The notes under the pieces: generated by a model
The model's input: the letters and a program-made list of their open reading frames with translations, nothing else
What the model was told of the DNA's origin: nothing
The model's database searches: none
Made by a program: the position numbers and the translations under genes
Shown: positions 57,778 through 64,000 of the stretch, in pieces
How positions within the stretch are numbered: position 1 is the first letter of the stretch
How the letters are laid out: each line of letters begins with the position of its first letter
DNA from: Candidatus Helarchaeota archaeon
Lineage (GTDB): Archaea; Asgardarchaeota; Lokiarchaeia; Helarchaeales; RDOG01
NCBI GenBank assembly: GCA_019058315.1
Contig: JAHPZH010000001.1
Span: 96,001-160,000, forward strand
Length of the DNA: 64,000 nt
Direction of reading: 5' to 3'

Positions 57778-59901
57778 ATGAAAGAAAAAATCAATTTTGC
57801 ACTAGTTTTTCATTTTCATCAGCCAATAGGTAATTTTGATCATGTAATTGAGCATGCTTATCAAAAATCATATTTACCATTAATTAAAATGATTAAGAAA
57901 TTTCCAAAAATTAAAGTTAGTCTTCATTATACTGGCTATTTACTAGAATGGCTAGAAAAAAATCATCCAGAATATGATGATATATTAAAAGAGATGTCAA
58001 ATGAAGGGCAGATTGAAATAATTGGTGGAGCTTTTTACGAACCAATTATACCAATAATTCCTGATAGAGATAAGAAAGCTCAAATTGAATTATTAAGAGA
58101 TTATATCAAAAAACATTTTAATTTAGATATAAAGGGATTTTGGTTAGCAGAAAGGGCTTGGGAACCCCATTTGCCTAAAATCTTGAGTGAATGTGGCATT
58201 GAATATATATTAATTGATGATTTTCATCTAAGAGCGAATGGTCTTTATGAAGAAGAAACATTTTTTCCTTATATTACCGAGGAACAAGGTTACATAGTAA
58301 AAGTAATACCAATAAACGAACCTTTAAGATATATGGTTCCATGGAAACAACCTTGGGAACCAGTAGAATATTTAGAAAAAAATAAAAATACAGAAGGAAG
58401 TAGATTAATTACTCTCATTTCAGATGCAGAAAAGATGGGTGTTTGGCCTGCAGGTGATATGACGACTTATGATATATGTTATGTAAAAGGATATGATGGA
58501 ACACCTTGGCTTGAATCTTGGTTTCGACGGCTCACAGAAGGTATGGACAGTTGGCTTAATATGCTTCATATAAGCGAATATTTGAAAAATTATAAGCCCA
58601 AGGGTCTAATTTATATGCCTACAGCATCATATGATAAAATGTCATATTGGGTTCTGCCTACTCGTGCAAGAAGGAGCTTGGAAAACCTCATTCAAAAAGC
58701 AAAATGGAAACAATTCGGAGAACCCTTTTCAGATGAACTTCTACAATTTTTAAAGGGAGGATATTGGAGAGGATTCCTCGTAAAATACCCCGAATCTAAT
58801 TTAATGCATAAAAAAATGTTATATGTAAGACAAAAACTTATAAATTATGAAGAAGAGTTTGGAAAAAGTGAGAATTTAAAAGAAATTTGGATTGACATCT
58901 ATAAAAGCCAATGCAATGATCCTTATTGGCATGGTCAATTTGGAGGAGTATACTTTTCATTTATGCGCGAAACAATTTATTCATGCCTGATAAATGCAGA
59001 AAGAAAAATTGATAAATTATTAAAGCAAAGAAACCAGCCAACTAACAATTTATATGAAAAAGATTTAACTTTTGATGGCAGATCTGAAATTTTGATGGAA
59101 AATGAGTTTTTAAATGTATATATTCAACCTCATTACGGAGCCAGCATATTAGAAATTGATATCAAAAACGCAACCCATAATATTTTAAATGTATTTACTA
59201 GAAAAGAGGAAGCATATCATGATCCTAAAGAGAAATTTCCAATTGATCGATGGAGAAAACAAGCTTTTATTGACCATTTTATTCAAAATGCTTTTATTAT
59301 GAACCAATTACAGATTCCAATCGATAAACTAGAGGAAAATTCATTAGAGAAAAAAGTCTATTTTGATGAATTCGAAGAAAGGGGTAATTTTGCAGGAACT
59401 ACTTATGAATATGAAATCACCTCTAAAGAAGAAAATCAAATAGCAAATTTAACTAAGAAGGGTAAGATTAAAGGGAATAATGTTCAAATCGATAAAGTAA
59501 TCGTTTTAAAAAATAAAACAATCGAAATTAAATATAAAATTATTAACAATTCAAAGGAAAAATTGGACACTCATCATTATGTTGAATTTCCAGTATATAT
59601 TGATTCTGATATTTCACAAAATATAATATTAGCAAATAATAACGAAATAAATGTTAAAAATATTTCTAATTGGAAAGGTAGTCAATTACACATCAAGAAT
59701 TCAAAGAAAAATTTGTTTCTGACAATTTCTACGCAAAAATTTTGCAATTTTTTAATTTATCCATTAATGACCTATGTAACTACTGATGGAGGATATGATA
59801 CCTTATTTCAAGGAGCGGTAATTGGCTTACAGAGTAAAATAGAATTAAAACCAAGTGAGGTTTATAATAACTCAATCATTATTGATTTTAAGGACGAATA
59901 A
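57778..59901 (+). CDS. GH57 4-alpha-glucanotransferase/amylase
   Basis: HFHQPIGN, GFWLAERAWEP, DAEKMG, QCNDPYWHG.FGG.Y. Confidence 0.9.
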   Translation: MKEKINFALVFHFHQPIGNFDHVIEHAYQKSYLPLIKMIKKFPKIKVSLHYTGYLLEWLEKNHPEYDDILKEMSNEGQIEIIGGAFYEPIIPIIPDRDKKAQIELLRDYIKKHFNLDIKGFWLAERAWEPHLPKILSECGIEYILIDDFHLRANGLYEEETFFPYITEEQGYIVKVIPINEPLRYMVPWKQPWEPVEYLEKNKNTEGSRLITLISDAEKMGVWPAGDMTTYDICYVKGYDGTPWLESWFRRLTEGMDSWLNMLHISEYLKNYKPKGLIYMPTASYDKMSYWVLPTRARRSLENLIQKAKWKQFGEPFSDELLQFLKGGYWRGFLVKYPESNLMHKKMLYVRQKLINYEEEFGKSENLKEIWIDIYKSQCNDPYWHGQFGGVYFSFMRETIYSCLINAERKIDKLLKQRNQPTNNLYEKDLTFDGRSEILMENEFLNVYIQPHYGASILEIDIKNATHNILNVFTRKEEAYHDPKEKFPIDRWRKQAFIDHFIQNAFIMNQLQIPIDKLEENSLEKKVYFDEFEERGNFAGTTYEYEITSKEENQIANLTKKGKIKGNNVQIDKVIVLKNKTIEIKYKIINNSKEKLDTHHYVEFPVYIDSDISQNIILANNNEINVKNISNWKGSQLHIKNSKKNLFLTISTQKFCNFLIYPLMTYVTTDGGYDTLFQGAVIGLQSKIELKPSEVYNNSIIIDFKDE

Positions 59902-59903
59902 AA

Positions 59904-62399
59904 ATGACAATCGATGATGATAGATTCGTTTGCATTCACGGACATTTCTATCAGCCACCCAGGGAAAATCCTTGGATTGAAGAAATAGAATTAGAAGACT
60001 CTGCAGCACCATTCCCAAATTGGAATGAAAAAATTACCCATGAGTGTTATGCACCTAATGCATACGCTAGAATTTTGGATAAAGATGGTAAAATATCTAA
60101 GATTAAAAATAATTATGAAAAAATGAGCTTTAATTTTGGACCCACTCTATTAGATTGGCTTGAAAAAAAAGTTCCATCTGTTTATAAGAAGATACTAGAG
60201 GCAGATGAAAATAGTAAAAAATTTAATGGAGGACATGGTAACGCTATTGCTCAGATATATAATCATATTATTATGCCTCTAGCTTTGAAACATGATAAAG
60301 AGACCGAAATTATCTGGGGCATTAAAAGTTTTCTACGGGATTTTAAAAGAAAACCTGAAGGGATGTGGCTTTCTGAAACTGCAGTCGATTTAGAAACAAT
60401 CGAGCTCCTAATAAAGCATGGTATTAAGTTCATAATTCTATCACCTCATCAAGCTTCAAAAATTCGAAAAATAGGCACAGAAGATTGGACTGATATTGAT
60501 GTCCAAAGTCTAGATACTTCAAGATGTTATAAGTTAAATATTTCTGATGATAAATCAATCGCCATTTTTTTCTATGATAAGGGTTTATCCAGTGATATAG
60601 CATTTAATGGGATCCTAAAAGAAGGAATTCGATTCATTGATCGCATTACTTATTCATTTGATCCATCCAAAAATACTCCTCAATTAGTAAATGCTGCTAC
60701 TGATGGAGAGAGCTATGGACATCATAAAAAATTTGCAGAAATGGCTCTTGCCTATGCACTAGAATATATTGAATCAAGAAAACTTGCGACAATTATAAAT
60801 TATGGTTATTATTTAGAACTTTTTCCACCCCAATATGAAGTAGAAATTTTAGAAAATACATCATGGAGTGATTCTCAAGGTGTTGAGCGATGGAGAAGTG
60901 ATCTTGGGGATTCCATTTCTGAAAAACCTGGTTGGAATCAAAAATGGAGAACTCCTCTTCGAGATGCTATGAATTTCTTAAAAGAAAAAGTAGATGTTCT
61001 CTATGTTCAAGAGGTCTCAAAATATCTTCAAGATCCTTGGGATGCTCGTAATTATTATATTGATGTTGTAATTAATCGAACCGATAAACAAAGAGAAAAA
61101 TTCTTCTCAAAATATCAAAAGAAAGATTTAGATGAGGAGGAGATACATAAAGTTATCAGTTTAATGGAAATGCAAAGAAATGCTCTATTAATGTTTACTA
61201 GCTGTGGTTGGTTCTTTGATGATATGGGAATTGAAACCAAACAAATTCTAAAATACGCAATTAGGGTTATTCAAATAGCAAGAGAATTTAACTGGGATTT
61301 AGAAAATGAATATAAGAATATAATGAAAAAAGCCAGAAGTAATATAGCTCCCTATAAAACTGGTGATATGATATTTGAAGAGGTAAAAAAGGAATATATT
61401 GTTAATTTTGAAAAAGCAATTTCCAATTATGCATTATTATCAACAATGGTTCCTATGGAAAAAGAATGTGAACTTTATGTCTATAGAGTTCGTAATTTAG
61501 ATCATGTAAGATTGGAGTATGGATTCGCTGTTTGCGTTATAGGCTACTTAGAAATCTTTTCCAATTTAACTTGCCATTTTGAAAAGTCTATGTTTATTGG
61601 GATAAAAATGGAAAGAGATTTTATAGCAGGTGCAAAAATAATCCAAGATTTTGATGAATATGAGCGAAATAAAAAAACATTGATGAAAATTTTTGAAGGT
61701 GAATCAATAACAGAACTGATTAGAGCAGTTGATCATATTTTTAAAGATCACATCTTTGGGATTACAGATTTATTCTTTAAGGAACGAAAAGAAGTTTTAA
61801 ATAAGTTAATAACCTCTAATTTTATATTTTTAGACACAGAATTTAATCAATTTTATAATATAAATCTCAAATTCATGAGATATTTGAAAAATATTAGTGT
61901 ACAAATTCCAGATAAATTCAAACTTGTACTAGAATATGTGTTAAATCAAGATTTGACACAAGAATTTGATAATTTTTTAAAGGAAAAAAATTATGAAAAC
62001 CTAGAAAAGACATTACAAAAGGCTGAATATTGGGGAATTAAATTAAATACAACAAGATTTGACAAAGAAATCACAAGAACCATTATTAATCTATTAAATA
62101 CAATTTTAAAATCAAGTTTAAAAAATCCAAATGCAATAACTTATCTCGAACAAATCGAAGAGGCATTAAATTTCGCAGTTAAATACAAACTTAATATTAT
62201 TATGTGGGAAATTCAAAATGAATTTATCCATATAATTGAAGAAAATATAGAATTGCTTAAGGAAATTAAAAGAATGAAAAGATCAGAAATAGATTTCAAA
62301 TATGTCCAAATTTTAAGTTTAATAAATACTATTGGAACAAATCTTAATCTTGATATTGAAATAATTATGAGATCGATAATTGGAAGTAAAATGATATAA
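59904..62399 (+). CDS. GH57 glycoside hydrolase (DUF3536 type)
   Basis: HGHFYQPPRENPW, MWLSETAVD, ATDGESYGHH, MFTSCGWFFDD. Confidence 0.9.
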   Translation: MTIDDDRFVCIHGHFYQPPRENPWIEEIELEDSAAPFPNWNEKITHECYAPNAYARILDKDGKISKIKNNYEKMSFNFGPTLLDWLEKKVPSVYKKILEADENSKKFNGGHGNAIAQIYNHIIMPLALKHDKETEIIWGIKSFLRDFKRKPEGMWLSETAVDLETIELLIKHGIKFIILSPHQASKIRKIGTEDWTDIDVQSLDTSRCYKLNISDDKSIAIFFYDKGLSSDIAFNGILKEGIRFIDRITYSFDPSKNTPQLVNAATDGESYGHHKKFAEMALAYALEYIESRKLATIINYGYYLELFPPQYEVEILENTSWSDSQGVERWRSDLGDSISEKPGWNQKWRTPLRDAMNFLKEKVDVLYVQEVSKYLQDPWDARNYYIDVVINRTDKQREKFFSKYQKKDLDEEEIHKVISLMEMQRNALLMFTSCGWFFDDMGIETKQILKYAIRVIQIAREFNWDLENEYKNIMKKARSNIAPYKTGDMIFEEVKKEYIVNFEKAISNYALLSTMVPMEKECELYVYRVRNLDHVRLEYGFAVCVIGYLEIFSNLTCHFEKSMFIGIKMERDFIAGAKIIQDFDEYERNKKTLMKIFEGESITELIRAVDHIFKDHIFGITDLFFKERKEVLNKLITSNFIFLDTEFNQFYNINLKFMRYLKNISVQIPDKFKLVLEYVLNQDLTQEFDNFLKEKNYENLEKTLQKAEYWGIKLNTTRFDKEITRTIINLLNTILKSSLKNPNAITYLEQIEEALNFAVKYKLNIIMWEIQNEFIHIIEENIELLKEIKRMKRSEIDFKYVQILSLINTIGTNLNLDIEIIMRSIIGSKMI

Positions 62400-62418
62400 T
62401 CTTTTGTGGTGATATGAT

Positions 62419-64000
62419 TTGAGTCCAGAAGTTAAGGGATATTTTTCTTTTGTATTACACTCTCATCTACCTTATGTAACAAACCATGGCATTTGGCCAC
62501 ATGGTATGGATTGGTTAAACGAGGCTAGCGCAGAAACATATATTCCCATCCTCAATACGCTTTATCAATTGAGAGATGAGGGATTTAAACCAAGATTAAC
62601 CATAGGATTGACTCCAATTCTATGTGAACAAATGAGAAATGGTACATTTATTGAGGGCTTTATTAACTATCTAGAAAACAAGATAACGATGGCAGAAGAT
62701 GATAAGAAATTATTTATTGAGTGGAAATCTGAAAATCTAATCAGATTAAGTGACATGTGGAAGCAATTTTACACCGATATTATTGTTGATTTTAAAGAAA
62801 AGTATAATAGAGATTTGGTTAATGCGTTTAAAATCCTCCAAGACGAGGGAATAATAGAAATAATTACATGTGCTGCTACTCATGGATATCTACCACTCTT
62901 AAGTCAAGATTATAGTATTGAAAATCAAATTAAAGTAGGAATTCAAAATTATAAAAAACATTTTAAAAAAGCCCCTATTGGAATCTGGTTACCTGAATGT
63001 GCTTATAGACCCGCTTACAATTGGAAAAATCCAATTTTTACAGATGAACATGAATATGCTAGAAAAGGGGTAGAAGAAATTCTTAATTCGAATGGAATTA
63101 AATATTTTGTAATCGACACACATCTCCTAATGGGTGGAGAAGCCATAGGAGTTTATGCAGCACGATTTGAAGCTTTAAAAATGCTTTGGGAAAATTTCAA
63201 AAGACAATACAAACCTCCACCTGTAGATTTTAATAAATCTCCCTATAGATCATATCTGGTTTCGTCCACTTCTAATTTTGAAGCTCAGGTCGCCATCTTT
63301 GTAAGAGATCCAAAAACTTCAATCCAACTATGGTCTGCCGAACATGGTTATCCTGGGGATGGATGGTACTTAGAATTTCATAAGAAACATTTTCCATCCG
63401 GTCATCGATATTGGCGAATCACGTCTGTTAAATCTTCCCTCGGTGATAAATTGGAATATGTCCCTGAAAATGTTGAAGCGAGATTAGTGGAAAATGCAGG
63501 TCATTACAAGCAACTCATTAAAGATATTCTATTTGATTTTCATTATAAGAATAACAAAGAATTAGGTATAGTAATTGCACCATACGATACTGAGCTTTTG
63601 GGTCATTGGTGGTTTGAAGGCCCCCGGTTTCTCTATAAGGTTTTAAAATGGGTAGAAATGGACCCTGAAATCGAATTAACAACTTGTGGAAAACATTTGA
63701 CAGAATTTCCACCGATTAATATAGTACATATACCTGAAGGCTCTTGGGGAGAGGGTCAAGGGCACTGGATTTGGCTAAACGAATGGACCACATGGACCTG
63801 GGAAAAAATTTATGAAATTGAAAGGAAACTTAAAGCTATTTTCGAAAAATATAGGGGCACCAAAGATGAAAACTTGGGAAGAATAATTGTCCAAATCGAA
63901 CGAGAGAATTTACTCTTACAATCTAGCGACTGGCAATTTCTCATTTCAACTTGGAGTGCTCGGGATTATGCGGAAAATCGAGTAGCACAGCATTATAACC
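62419..64000 (+). CDS. GH57 glycogen branching enzyme (DUF1957 type), truncated at window end
   Basis: Not in the ORF track because no stop occurs. GGTGA then TTG, giving MSPEVKGYFSFVLHSHLPYV, ATHGYLPL, GIWLPECAY, APYDTELLGHWWFEG, QSSDWQF. Confidence 0.9.
   Translation, partial: MSPEVKGYFSFVLHSHLPYVTNHGIWPHGMDWLNEASAETYIPILNTLYQLRDEGFKPRLTIGLTPILCEQMRNGTFIEGFINYLENKITMAEDDKKLFIEWKSENLIRLSDMWKQFYTDIIVDFKEKYNRDLVNAFKILQDEGIIEIITCAATHGYLPLLSQDYSIENQIKVGIQNYKKHFKKAPIGIWLPECAYRPAYNWKNPIFTDEHEYARKGVEEILNSNGIKYFVIDTHLLMGGEAIGVYAARFEALKMLWENFKRQYKPPPVDFNKSPYRSYLVSSTSNFEAQVAIFVRDPKTSIQLWSAEHGYPGDGWYLEFHKKHFPSGHRYWRITSVKSSLGDKLEYVPENVEARLVENAGHYKQLIKDILFDFHYKNNKELGIVIAPYDTELLGHWWFEGPRFLYKVLKWVEMDPEIELTTCGKHLTEFPPINIVHIPEGSWGEGQGHWIWLNEWTTWTWEKIYEIERKLKAIFEKYRGTKDENLGRIIVQIERENLLLQSSDWQFLISTWSARDYAENRVAQHYN

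Noticed and set aside
1-64000. tRNA/rRNA genes
   Set aside because: Intergenic regions are short and very AT-rich with no GC-rich structured segment. Not confirmed by a covariance-model search.

Overview
AT-rich archaeal window, most likely Asgard. The evidence is longin-domain proteins, longin-Rab-like GTPase fusions and GGTGA/GGAGG Shine-Dalgarno sites. An MCR-system A2/AtwA-like ATPase plus FwdC point tentatively to Helarchaeales. I recognised no rRNA, tRNA, CRISPR array or transposase. Two candidate novel systems stand out. (1) 4.9-11.1 kb: a non-canonical ubiquitin-like locus with a Ubl-GG::E2 fusion, a split Ubl-GG-H plus E2 paralogue pair, a JAB protease and an E1 carrying its own N-terminal Ubl copy. 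Both E2-like domains read D-x-C-x7-H where E2s have H-P-N-x7-C, and no E3 is present in the window. (2) 14.5-23.4 kb: a biosynthetic cluster of a B12 radical SAM, two SPASM radical SAMs, SCP2, an ABBA aromatic prenyltransferase, a U32 Fe-S protein and a PIG-L deacetylase. Four of its enzymes carry the same ~76-aa helical PCP_red/DUF2621-like tag, suggesting an O2-independent prenyl-aromatic (quinone-like) metabolon. Also present: duplicated surface-protein plus wHTH cassettes with different ectodomains, an unannotated M-G-UGA-P-C membrane ORF (selenoprotein candidate), tandem longin-Rab GTPases beside a long coiled-coil protein, cytoplasmic DmsAB, an acyl-CoA ligase/ferredoxin/AOR run and a GH57/phosphorylase alpha-glucan cluster. 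All calls come from reading motifs by eye; no searches were run.
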